A stretch of 33,830 bases of DNA from IMG/VR virus record IMGVR_UViG_3300010966_000050. One strand, written 5' to 3'. Shown here piece after piece: positions 23,100 through 30,556 of this stretch. The translations under genes were made by a program, and so were the position numbers. Numbering within the stretch: the first letter of the stretch is position 1; the number at the start of each line of letters is the position of its first letter. Under the pieces are notes generated by a model that saw nothing but the letters and a program-made list of their open reading frames with translations, was not told the origin of the DNA and searched no databases. Source of the DNA: a virus.

Positions 23100-23111
23100 A
23101 ACAACAAAACA
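23100..23111 (+). promoter_or_regulatory. Leader motif AACAACAAAACA (copy 6), abutting the ATG at 23112
   Basis: It lies within the same 28-nt exact repeat. Confidence 0.5.
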
Positions 23112-23411
23112 ATGGAAAATCACTTAAAAATTTACGGATTTACAGACAATTCAATTGCATCATTAGATGCACAAAGTCTATCAAATGTTTTTGCTGCCTA
23201 TGCTGAAAACTGTGCAGGTGACGAAATTATGGAAATCGGTTTTAACAAAAATTCAGGATACGTTTACATTGCATTAGAAAACGGCATACAGATTGCTTCT
23301 TGCTTTGGTCATAGCGTTGTATTTGTTACAACAGATTTTAATGATGGCGAAGAATATTTTTCAGGCACATACGATGGAGCGTTAGACAACTTAGCAAAGC
23401 TGTCGCATTAG
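23112..23411 (+). CDS. Hypothetical strongly acidic protein (99 aa)
   Basis: ATG preceded by the leader motif. Hand count gives 14 D/E against 3 K/R. Confidence 0.65.
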   Translation: MENHLKIYGFTDNSIASLDAQSLSNVFAAYAENCAGDEIMEIGFNKNSGYVYIALENGIQIASCFGHSVVFVTTDFNDGEEYFSGTYDGALDNLAKLSH

Positions 23412-23414
23412 TCT

Positions 23415-23636
23415 ATGCTAGCGATTAAAATAGCTGTTACAGCAATAACTATATGTTTAGCCATTATACTTCTTTACAGTAAAGAACAACAGCAAATTCA
23501 AGAGAATTACCGGCCATTTGTAAAATACACAAACGATGATGCAGATTCTTATCACGAAGATTTTGACTCAAGTTATTTTTACAATGGTTGTTTAGCAAAT
23601 ACATTTAAATCAAATCACAAGTGCAATGGAAACTAA
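23415..23636 (+). CDS. Hypothetical membrane protein (73 aa, N-terminal TMD)
   Basis: The sequence MLAIKIAVTAITICLAIILLY forms a TMD. Confidence 0.6.
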   Translation: MLAIKIAVTAITICLAIILLYSKEQQQIQENYRPFVKYTNDDADSYHEDFDSSYFYNGCLANTFKSNHKCNGN

Positions 23637-23865
23637 ACAAACAGCAGTAGATTTTTTACTGCATGAAATGAGCAAAATTATACAAGTAGTTGCTCCAGAT
23701 TCTTTTAACGCAACTTTATTGAGAATTGCGTATGAAGAAGCCAAATCAATAGAGAAAGAGCAACTTATTGATTTTTATATCGAAGGTTGTAATGACCCAT
23801 ATTATTACCAAGCAAATAAAATGAATGCAGAAACCTATTTTAATAAAAATTTTAAAAACAACTGA
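23626..23865 (+). CDS. Hypothetical protein (79 aa)
   Basis: ATG start with an 11-nt overlap on the upstream gene. Confidence 0.6.
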   Translation: METKQTAVDFLLHEMSKIIQVVAPDSFNATLLRIAYEEAKSIEKEQLIDFYIEGCNDPYYYQANKMNAETYFNKNFKNN

Positions 23866-23866
23866 T

Positions 23867-24046
23867 ATGCTAAAAATTATAATTGAACTGATTATTGGAT
23901 TAGTCGCTATTTTTGCAGGATATGTTGCAATTGACTACATCCAAAAGAAATTAGATTTTGAAGAATTGTACGTCATTATTTTTGTGGCTTTTTTAAGCTG
24001 GCAGGCAATTATCTTAGGTGAGTATTTACTAAAACTTACATATTAA
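23867..24046 (+). CDS. Small membrane protein with two TMDs (59 aa)
   Basis: I prefer the ATG at 23867, 1 nt after the upstream stop, to the ATG at 23825. The sequence starts MLKIIIELIIGLVAIFAGYVAIDY. Confidence 0.55.
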   Translation: MLKIIIELIIGLVAIFAGYVAIDYIQKKLDFEELYVIIFVAFLSWQAIILGEYLLKLTY

Positions 24047-24048
24047 AA

Positions 24049-24456
24049 ATGAAACAAGAAGAACACCGGTTGCAAGTAGCTATCTGCAAATATTTAGATT
24101 ATAACGGATATGATTTTTTTGCTATTCCTAACGGTGGTATGCGAAACATAAAAGTGGCATCTAAATTAAAGCAAGAAGGTGTCAAAGCCGGTGTTGCAGA
24201 CCTGTTTATCCCATTGTCAAATGGAAAGTATCACGGACTGTTTATTGAGGTTAAATACGGAAGAAATGGCCAACAGCCAAGTCAGAAGAAATTTGAAGCA
24301 ATCGTAAAAAGTCACGGGTACGAATATAAAATCGTCAAGTCAATTGATGAACTTGTTGAATTACTAAAAATCTATCGTGCAGAACGTGCTGAAATTAGAA
24401 CGTATTCAGATGGATACAAAGATGGAATGCTAAACGCACAAATAACTAAAATATGA
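24049..24456 (+). CDS. VRR-NUC domain nuclease (PD-(D/E)XK)
   Basis: HRLQVAICKYL....FFAIPNGG.......KLKQEGVKAGVADLFI......GLFIEVKYG matches the VRR-NUC D...E.K core. Confidence 0.8.
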   Translation: MKQEEHRLQVAICKYLDYNGYDFFAIPNGGMRNIKVASKLKQEGVKAGVADLFIPLSNGKYHGLFIEVKYGRNGQQPSQKKFEAIVKSHGYEYKIVKSIDELVELLKIYRAERAEIRTYSDGYKDGMLNAQITKI

Positions 24457-24587
24457 TTTTTAAACAGCAAAAAAATGTATTTGAATTTTTACCGGCTATA
24501 ACTTATTATAGCAATCGAGGTGGCGAATACAAAAAAGGGACACTAACAATTGGCTGGTTAAATCTAGCCGTAATGTTTAATATATGA
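24453..24587 (+). CDS. Micro-ORF (44 aa) with an LPAIT motif, absent from the track
   Basis: ATGA overlaps at both ends. The sequence is MIFKQQKNVFEFLPAITYYSNRGGEYKKGTLTIGWLNLAVMFNI. Confidence 0.4.
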   Translation: MIFKQQKNVFEFLPAITYYSNRGGEYKKGTLTIGWLNLAVMFNI

Positions 24588-24766
24588 CACCTAAACAAAA
24601 AGCAGAAGAATTGTATAGGACATACATTGACTATACTTTTGGCGATTTTAATTGTAAGCAATGTGCATTAATTGCAGTTGATGAAATTATTAATGTAGCT
24701 AGATGGTCACATTATAGTATACACGATTTTTGGTTAGAAGTTAAAAAAGAAATAGAAAAGCTATGA
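24584..24766 (+). CDS. Hypothetical protein (60 aa), MTPK-type paralog 1
   Basis: The pattern is MTPKQKAEEL....CALIAVDEII....FWLEVKKEIEKL. Confidence 0.65.
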   Translation: MTPKQKAEELYRTYIDYTFGDFNCKQCALIAVDEIINVARWSHYSIHDFWLEVKKEIEKL

Positions 24767-24981
24767 CACCGAAAGAAACAGCAATAAGCATAATTAAAGA
24801 CTGCGAATATATTCAGGAGCTTGACTATGCAGTAAAAAATCCAAATTGGAGATTACATGCATTAAATCAGTTAGATGTTTTAGTTTTAAAAATAGCAAAA
24901 TCAAATCCTGAGCAAAACACAACATTACGTGAATTTTGGAAAAACGTTTCAATTGAAATTTTACACTATGACCTACCGTGA
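24763..24981 (+). CDS. Hypothetical protein (72 aa), MTPK-type paralog 2
   Basis: ATGA overlap. The pattern is MTPKETAISI....FWKNVSIEI. Confidence 0.6.
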   Translation: MTPKETAISIIKDCEYIQELDYAVKNPNWRLHALNQLDVLVLKIAKSNPEQNTTLREFWKNVSIEILHYDLP

Positions 24982-25189
24982 ACAAGCCATAAATTGGGCA
25001 AAAGAACAAATTAAAAACAATACCTTAATTGAGCCAATTAAAATTAACAAATGGGAAACCATAGAACACCCAATGTTGTTTCTGGCAACTAATGTTGAAA
25101 GATTGAAACACGCAGCACCAATTGAGCAAAGATTAGCATACCAACGCATCCGTAACCTAAAACAAAAATTAAATGAAGCAGCTAAATGA
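24968..25189 (+). CDS. Hypothetical protein (73 aa)
   Basis: I prefer the ATG at 24968 (MTYREQAINW) to the ATG at 24929, which would overlap the upstream gene by 53 nt. Confidence 0.55.
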   Translation: MTYREQAINWAKEQIKNNTLIEPIKINKWETIEHPMLFLATNVERLKHAAPIEQRLAYQRIRNLKQKLNEAAK

Positions 25190-25523
25190 AGAAGAAAACA
25201 TAATGGTTTATTTAGGCTTGATTTCTGCCCTAATAGACCATATTGAACTTGACCTGTACAAATCTAAGTTTAGGGACAATTACTTGCGTTACAAACTACA
25301 AGACGTTCAGAACGAACTTATAAAAAAAGAAAAGCTAGTTTTCAATAGGGATAACAGCCATTCAGATTCAGTTCAAAAACAATATTGCGATGCCGGAACA
25401 ATTATGCTTCGTTTCTTTTTAGTTGGCTTGCAGATGGGTAATATGACCGAAACACGAGCAATTGGTTTTAACACTCAGCTTGAATTGCTACTGCATTCAT
25501 ACGGAATTAACACCGATGTGTAA
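25173..25523 (+). CDS. Hypothetical protein (116 aa)
   Basis: ATG start and open frame. The alternative start is the ATG at 25203. Confidence 0.6.
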   Translation: MKQLNEEENIMVYLGLISALIDHIELDLYKSKFRDNYLRYKLQDVQNELIKKEKLVFNRDNSHSDSVQKQYCDAGTIMLRFFLVGLQMGNMTETRAIGFNTQLELLLHSYGINTDV

Positions 25524-25542
25524 TTGTAATTAATTTTTTATT

Positions 25543-25550
25543 TACATTTG
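25543..25550 (+). promoter_or_regulatory. Bacteroidota-type -7 box TACATTTG
   Basis: Perfect TAnnTTTG in the 46-nt gap, 19 nt before the ATG at 25570. Confidence 0.45.
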
Positions 25551-25569
25551 TCCAACAAACCTTACCAAA

Positions 25570-25800
25570 ATGAATTACGTTGAACCGCACGAAAATATTG
25601 ATTTGGTCAATCACCCACCACACTATAAATCAAAAAATGGGATAGAATCAATTGAAGTTATTGAATCCTTTGAACTTGGCTTTAACCTTGGCAATGCCGT
25701 TAAATACATTTTACGTTGCAATAAAAAAGGAAACAAGAAACAGGATATTCAGAAAGCAATTTGGTATTTAAAAAGAGAACTAACAAAATTCGAAGGATGA
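25570..25800 (+). CDS. DUF3310-family protein
   Basis: NHPPHYKS......IEVIE......F.LGNAVKYILRC..KG....DI.KA.WYL is the DUF3310 signature. Confidence 0.8.
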   Translation: MNYVEPHENIDLVNHPPHYKSKNGIESIEVIESFELGFNLGNAVKYILRCNKKGNKKQDIQKAIWYLKRELTKFEG

Positions 25801-25925
25801 TTGGAATAGGATTATTAAAAAACAAGGCTGAGGTTTTACCTGCAATTACAATTAAGGTAAACCCTAATTCGTGGTATATATCGTTCAGATGGATAATATT
25901 TGAATTTAGGATTTTCAGCCTATGA
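25797..25925 (+). CDS. Micro-ORF (42 aa) with an LPAIT motif, absent from the track
   Basis: ATGA overlaps at both ends. The sequence is MIGIGLLKNKAEVLPAITIKVNPNSWYISFRWIIFEFRIFSL. Confidence 0.4.
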   Translation: MIGIGLLKNKAEVLPAITIKVNPNSWYISFRWIIFEFRIFSL

Positions 25926-26032
25926 AAACTGACGAAAGATTAATTTATGAAGCTATTTTTATCGGACTGGTAGAAGTAGCTTTTATCATTTATATGACCG
26001 TTAAAATTTTAAAGCAAAAAAATAACCAATGA
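25922..26032 (+). CDS. Small membrane protein (36 aa), absent from the track
   Basis: ATGA overlaps at both ends. The sequence is MKTDERLIYEAIFIGLVEVAFIIYMTVKILKQKNNQ. Confidence 0.4.
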   Translation: MKTDERLIYEAIFIGLVEVAFIIYMTVKILKQKNNQ

Positions 26033-26601
26033 ATGCAGAATTAATAAAGATTGGCGATATAAAGTCAAATCCAAATAATCCGAGAATTATCAAGGATGAC
26101 AAATTTCAGAAGTTAGTAAAGTCAATCAAAGACTTCCCTAAAATGCTTGAACTGCGTCCTATTGTTGTGAACGATGATATGGTTGTTCTTGGTGGTAATA
26201 TGCGATTGAAGGCTTGCAAAGAAGCAGGATTAAAAGAAGTGCCTGTAATTAAAGCATCTGAATTAACTGATGACGAGCAGAAGCAATTTATTATCAAGGA
26301 CAATGTTGGATTTGGAGAGTGGGATTGGGATATGTTAGCAAACGAGTGGGAAGCAGATGAATTGGTTGATTGGGGTTTAGACTTATGGCATAAAGGTTTA
26401 GAAGTAAACGAAATGGATGAAAGTCAAATTGATTTAGACCAAGAATTTGACCCAATTGGTTTATCATCCGGATTGCAACGTGTTGTGTTTATTTTCGATG
26501 GTTCAGAAGAAGCTGAAAGTTGGTTAGGACAACACCCTGAGTTACCACTTAAAAAAATGAATAATGCATGGCAAATCGACCTATCTACCCAATCTATATA
26601 A
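26029..26601 (+). CDS. ParB/Srx N-terminal-domain protein with no methyltransferase domain
   Basis: The ParB N-terminal domain reads IKIGDIKSNPNNPR....F..LVKSI........RPIVVNDDMVVLGGNMRLKACKEAGLKEVPV. It is followed by an acidic Trp-rich linker, GEWDWDMLANEWEADELVDWGLDLW. Confidence 0.8.
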   Translation: MNAELIKIGDIKSNPNNPRIIKDDKFQKLVKSIKDFPKMLELRPIVVNDDMVVLGGNMRLKACKEAGLKEVPVIKASELTDDEQKQFIIKDNVGFGEWDWDMLANEWEADELVDWGLDLWHKGLEVNEMDESQIDLDQEFDPIGLSSGLQRVVFIFDGSEEAESWLGQHPELPLKKMNNAWQIDLSTQSI

Positions 26602-27098
26602 TTTCAAAAGGCAGATACGAGAAAACTTTGTCTGCTGATATTTTTGAGAAAGCTGGATTGAATTACTATGTAGCTGTCGAACCACAGGAATATGACTTGT
26701 ATGTTAAAAAACTTGGGGAAAAAAGAATATTAAAATTGCCATTTTCAAATTTAGGTTTAGGTAGCTATCCGGCTCGTAATTACTGCTGGGAACATGCAAA
26801 AAATTTAGGTCATAAATATCATTGGCTGTTTGATGATAACATTCAATATTTTTCAAAGTGGATTAACGGCAAGCGAAAAAGAATTGACACAATAGGTGAA
26901 GCATTAATGTATGTTGAGCATTTTGTGATTAAAAATAAAGTTACAATTGGAGGTTTTGAGGAACCAAATTTTGTAGTTAAGCCACCAAAGAAAGCATTTA
27001 AAATTAATTGCCACGTTTACTCGGCAATGCTAATTAAAAACGATATTCCATTTAGATGGCGATTAAAATATAATGAAGACGTTGATTTATGTTTATAG
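26568..27098 (+). CDS. GT-A-fold glycosyltransferase-like protein, N-terminal 176 codons, ending at an in-frame TAG
   Basis: Motifs PIYIISKGR (first strand), WLFDDNI (DxD-like) and YNEDVDLCL (ED.DL motif of GT2-like enzymes). The gene overlaps the ParB gene by 34 nt. Confidence 0.65.
   Translation: MANRPIYPIYIISKGRYEKTLSADIFEKAGLNYYVAVEPQEYDLYVKKLGEKRILKLPFSNLGLGSYPARNYCWEHAKNLGHKYHWLFDDNIQYFSKWINGKRKRIDTIGEALMYVEHFVIKNKVTIGGFEEPNFVVKPPKKAFKINCHVYSAMLIKNDIPFRWRLKYNEDVDLCL
27096..27098 (+). other. Single in-frame TAG separating 26568-27095 from the same-frame continuation to 27335
   Basis: 26568 and 27141 are both 0 mod 3. The codons at 27099-27140 (gta ctg cac aac ggt ggt agc aca gca agt tgt ata tat tat) contain no stop. 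Confidence 0.7.
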
Positions 27099-27140
27099 GT
27101 ACTGCACAACGGTGGTAGCACAGCAAGTTGTATATATTAT

Positions 27141-27335
27141 ATGGCTGATAAAGTAAGTACGGCAGCAAAGATGAAAGGTGGAAATCAAACTGAACTTTAT
27201 AAAGGAAACGCACCTGAAAAGAATCTTTTAAAAGCAAAAATGCTTGAAGCTGTTTGGCCACAATATGCAAAAACAGTAATTAGATTTAACAGGCATCATC
27301 ATTTAGTAGATTGGAAAGTGTTTAAAAGGAAATAA
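27141..27335 (+). CDS. 64-aa ORF in frame with the glycosyltransferase-like gene; probably its C-terminal part
   Basis: It shares the frame of 26568-27098. It contains KMKGGNQTELYKGN and RHHHLVDW. I found no independent promoter box or leader motif. Confidence 0.5.
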   Translation: MADKVSTAAKMKGGNQTELYKGNAPEKNLLKAKMLEAVWPQYAKTVIRFNRHHHLVDWKVFKRK

Positions 27336-27368
27336 TTGTTGGTTTTAATAATGCCAATTTTAAATTAT

Positions 27369-27376
27369 TACTTTTG
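27369..27376 (+). promoter_or_regulatory. Bacteroidota-type -7 box TACTTTTG before the packaging genes
   Basis: Perfect TAnnTTTG, 17 nt before the ATG at 27394. Confidence 0.5.
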
Positions 27377-27393
27377 TTACTATCATAAAAATT

Positions 27394-27777
27394 ATGGCAA
27401 AGGCAGATTCAACAATCATAAAAAAACGGGCAATGCTTGTAGCATTAGAGAAATCACTTGGTGTGGTTACTTCTGCATGCGCCTCAGTTGGCATTACTCG
27501 TGTAACCCATTATGAATGGATGAAGAATGATGCTGAATACAAGGAGGCTGTACACGATATTACCGAGATGGCAATTGATTTTGTTGAGAGCAAACTATAC
27601 AAGCAAATTTCAAAGGAAAATACAACAGCCACCATATTCTACCTAAAAACCAAAGCCAAGCACAGGGGATATGTAGAACGTACAGAGATTCAGCACGAAG
27701 GCAATTTAGGTTTAGCATCTAAAATATCTCAGGACGCTAAAAACAAGATTGAGCAAATACTTGAAAATGAGTATTAA
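27394..27777 (+). CDS. terS: Terminase small subunit (HTH type)
   Basis: KKRAMLVALEKSLGVVTSACASVGITRVTHYEWMKNDAEYKEAV is typical of HTH-type small terminases. The gene lies immediately upstream of the large subunit. Confidence 0.75.
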   Translation: MAKADSTIIKKRAMLVALEKSLGVVTSACASVGITRVTHYEWMKNDAEYKEAVHDITEMAIDFVESKLYKQISKENTTATIFYLKTKAKHRGYVERTEIQHEGNLGLASKISQDAKNKIEQILENEY

Positions 27778-29125
27778 TGAAATCATAAAAGAAAAATGCG
27801 AATCCTCACTTTTGTTTTTTACTCGTTATCTTTTTAAAGAAAACACAGGAAACAAATTTGAGGTTGCACCTTTCCACGTTACATTGGCTGAAACACTTGA
27901 AGCTGTGAATCGTGGTGAAATTAAACGGTTAATAATTAACATACCACCAAGATACGGTAAAACTGAGATTGCTGTAAAAATGTTTATAGCTTGGTCCTTA
28001 GCTAAAAATCCATCATCAAAGTTTATTCACCTTTCGTATTCTGATGCACTGGCATTAGACAACTCATCGTTGACTCGTGATTACGTTCAAAGCGACACGT
28101 TTCAAGACTTGTGGCCTGTTCATTTAAAGAAGGACACGCAAGGTCAGAAAAAGTGGTACACCGAGCAAGGTGGTGGTGTTTATGCAACATCATCAGGTGG
28201 TGCAATTACAGGTTTTGGAGCAGGCACAGGTGGGGCAATTATTATAGATGACCCATTAAAACCGGATGATTCAAGTTCAGATATAAAAAGGAACTTTATT
28301 AATAACCGGTACAATACAACTATTCGTTCTCGTGTAAATGACCGAGATGTGCCTATCATTGTTATTATGCAACGTCTGCACGAGGATGATATGACCGGAT
28401 TCTTATTGCAGAACGGTAGCGGAGAGGAATGGACGCATTTAAAGCTATCTGCATTAAACGAAAATAACGAGCCACTATGGCCAAGTAAACATTCATTCGC
28501 TGAATTAGAGCAAATACGTCAAGCAAGCCGATATACTTTTTCAGGGCAGTATATGCAAGAACCTGCACCGCAAGAAGGTGGAGAATGGCGCAAGGATTGG
28601 TTTAAAATTATTGAGCCGGCACACTTACCTGCCGATATTAATTGGGAAATGTACATAGATGGTGCCTACACCGAAAACACTAAGAACGACCCAACTGGTA
28701 TACAGATTTCGGGAAGCTGTGATGGCAACCTGTATATTTTAAAGTCAATTGATAAATACCTTGAAATGCCTGAATTGAAAAATTTTATCAGTAGCTTTAT
28801 TAACGGTGTTGGGGTTGACGTTACTCAAATATTGATTGAGCCAAAAGCATCCGGAAAATCTTTGGCACAATTACTACACCGAGAAACTAGACTAAACATC
28901 AGCGAACTGAATACAAATTTTGTTAGGTATTCTAAAATTGAAAGAGCAAGAGCATCATCACCATTTATTGAAGGTGGTAGAGTTTATTTGGTAAAAGATA
29001 ATTGGAATGAAGCGTATTTACAGCAGGTGAGTACGTTTCCAAATGCAAAGCACGATGAGCATATTGACATAACGTCCTATGCCATCGAACGTAATTTAAT
29101 TCAGCCTGCTTTTTATGTAGTTTAA
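27767..29125 (+). CDS. terL: Terminase large subunit
   Basis: Walker A-like PPRYGKTE and Walker B-like AIIIDDP. The C-terminal RNase-H-like nuclease blocks are MYIDGAYT and KHDEHIDITSYA. I prefer the ATG at 27767 to the TTG at 27749. Confidence 0.9.
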   Translation: MSINEIIKEKCESSLLFFTRYLFKENTGNKFEVAPFHVTLAETLEAVNRGEIKRLIINIPPRYGKTEIAVKMFIAWSLAKNPSSKFIHLSYSDALALDNSSLTRDYVQSDTFQDLWPVHLKKDTQGQKKWYTEQGGGVYATSSGGAITGFGAGTGGAIIIDDPLKPDDSSSDIKRNFINNRYNTTIRSRVNDRDVPIIVIMQRLHEDDMTGFLLQNGSGEEWTHLKLSALNENNEPLWPSKHSFAELEQIRQASRYTFSGQYMQEPAPQEGGEWRKDWFKIIEPAHLPADINWEMYIDGAYTENTKNDPTGIQISGSCDGNLYILKSIDKYLEMPELKNFISSFINGVGVDVTQILIEPKASGKSLAQLLHRETRLNISELNTNFVRYSKIERARASSPFIEGGRVYLVKDNWNEAYLQQVSTFPNAKHDEHIDITSYAIERNLIQPAFYVV

Positions 29126-29130
29126 ATCGC

Positions 29131-29138
29131 TATTTTTG
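29131..29138 (+). promoter_or_regulatory. Bacteroidota-type -7 box TATTTTTG
   Basis: Perfect TAnnTTTG in the 33-nt gap, 20 nt before the ATG at 29159. Confidence 0.4.
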
Positions 29139-29158
29139 ACAAAAAATTAATCTAAATA

Positions 29159-30556
29159 ATGGCTTCATTCATAGATTCGGTACGGCAGGGAGTCGTAAAA
29201 GCATTAAGTCAAACAAATCCGACTTACAATCAATTTCTTTATCAGTGGCTTGGTTCATCCATAGTTTGGAATCCTGAAAACGATGCGACCTACATAAAAG
29301 ATGGCTATCAGCAAAATGCTACTGTTTATTCAATTGTAAACCTTATTGCAAAGGCTGCATCAGTTGTTCCTTTTCAGATTTACGAGGTTAAAAACACAAA
29401 CGAAGCAAAGAAGTACAAAGCGATGACTTCAAGTTTTATGGATGGCAATACTATCCTTAAATCAAACATTATTCGCAAGCAAGCATACGAAGTTGTTGAC
29501 GTACCGGCATTAGAGAAGTTATTAAATAGACCAAACGAGGACCAAAGTTATGCATCGTTCATGACGAACCTAATTGCTTTTGGCAAGCTAACAGGTAACA
29601 GATACATTTGGGGATTAGGTCCAGATAACGGCCCTAACGGTGGCAAAATTACCGAGATGTATGTTTTACCATCTCACCTAATTGAAATCGTTGCAAACGG
29701 ATATACCGAGCCGATAGCAGGCTACAAATTACAATACAACGCAGGTCAGACAATCCCACCGGAGCAAGTTTGTCACATTAAAGATTTTAACCCTGAATAT
29801 GATTCAGCCGGTTCAAACCTTTACGGTCAATCACCGCTTCGTGCAGGATTTAGAGTTTTGACTATGAATAACGATGCTACGATTTCAGGTGTTAAATACC
29901 TGCAAAATCAGACTGCTCGTGGTATGCTTGTAGACAAGTCAGGCTATGAGAATGCAATTCAATCAAAAGCATTAAAAGACCAATTCCGTAAGCAATACCA
30001 AGGCACTAGCAATTCAGGTGATGTTATTATCACTAACAAGGATTTGCAATGGGTAAATTTTGGATTATCGGCAGCAGACGTTGCTTTAATTGAGCAATAC
30101 AATGCTTCGGTAAAAGATATTTGCAACATTTACAATATTCCGGTTCAGTTGCTTAACAACACTGATTCTTCGTCATACAACAATATGAAGGAGGCAAAGA
30201 AGGCAATGTACCAAAATGCTGTTATTCCTGAATTGATTAAAATACGTGACGAGTTAAATCGTTGGTTGGTTCCTCAGTTCGGTGATAATCTTTACCTTGA
30301 TTTTGACTTTACAGTTATTGGTGAGTTGCAAGAAGACGTTGACAAGTTAGTTGGTCAGATGTCACAAGCTTGGTGGTTAACACCTAACGAGAAACGTGAA
30401 GCAATGAACTACGGACGTGATATGGATAATGCTACTATGGACGATTATTACATTCCGGCTAATTTACAGCCATCATCAATTACTATTGATTCAATAGAAT
30501 TACCAAAGTCATTTGATATTGATTTTTCTACGTTCACTCCAAAAACTGAACAATAA
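29159..30556 (+). CDS. Portal protein
   Basis: The protein is 465 aa. It occupies the conserved position between the large terminase and the Mu-F-like minor head protein. Confidence 0.8.
   Translation: MASFIDSVRQGVVKALSQTNPTYNQFLYQWLGSSIVWNPENDATYIKDGYQQNATVYSIVNLIAKAASVVPFQIYEVKNTNEAKKYKAMTSSFMDGNTILKSNIIRKQAYEVVDVPALEKLLNRPNEDQSYASFMTNLIAFGKLTGNRYIWGLGPDNGPNGGKITEMYVLPSHLIEIVANGYTEPIAGYKLQYNAGQTIPPEQVCHIKDFNPEYDSAGSNLYGQSPLRAGFRVLTMNNDATISGVKYLQNQTARGMLVDKSGYENAIQSKALKDQFRKQYQGTSNSGDVIITNKDLQWVNFGLSAADVALIEQYNASVKDICNIYNIPVQLLNNTDSSSYNNMKEAKKAMYQNAVIPELIKIRDELNRWLVPQFGDNLYLDFDFTVIGELQEDVDKLVGQMSQAWWLTPNEKREAMNYGRDMDNATMDDYYIPANLQPSSITIDSIELPKSFDIDFSTFTPKTEQ

Noticed and set aside
27096-27098. 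Genome-wide TAG reassignment (code-15-like recoding), as described for some phages of Bacteroidota.
   Set aside because: TAG is the terminator of several well-defined genes, at 9932-9934, 11995-11997, 16121-16123 and 23409-23411. I saw no suppressor tRNA gene. The single internal TAG is therefore a local event.
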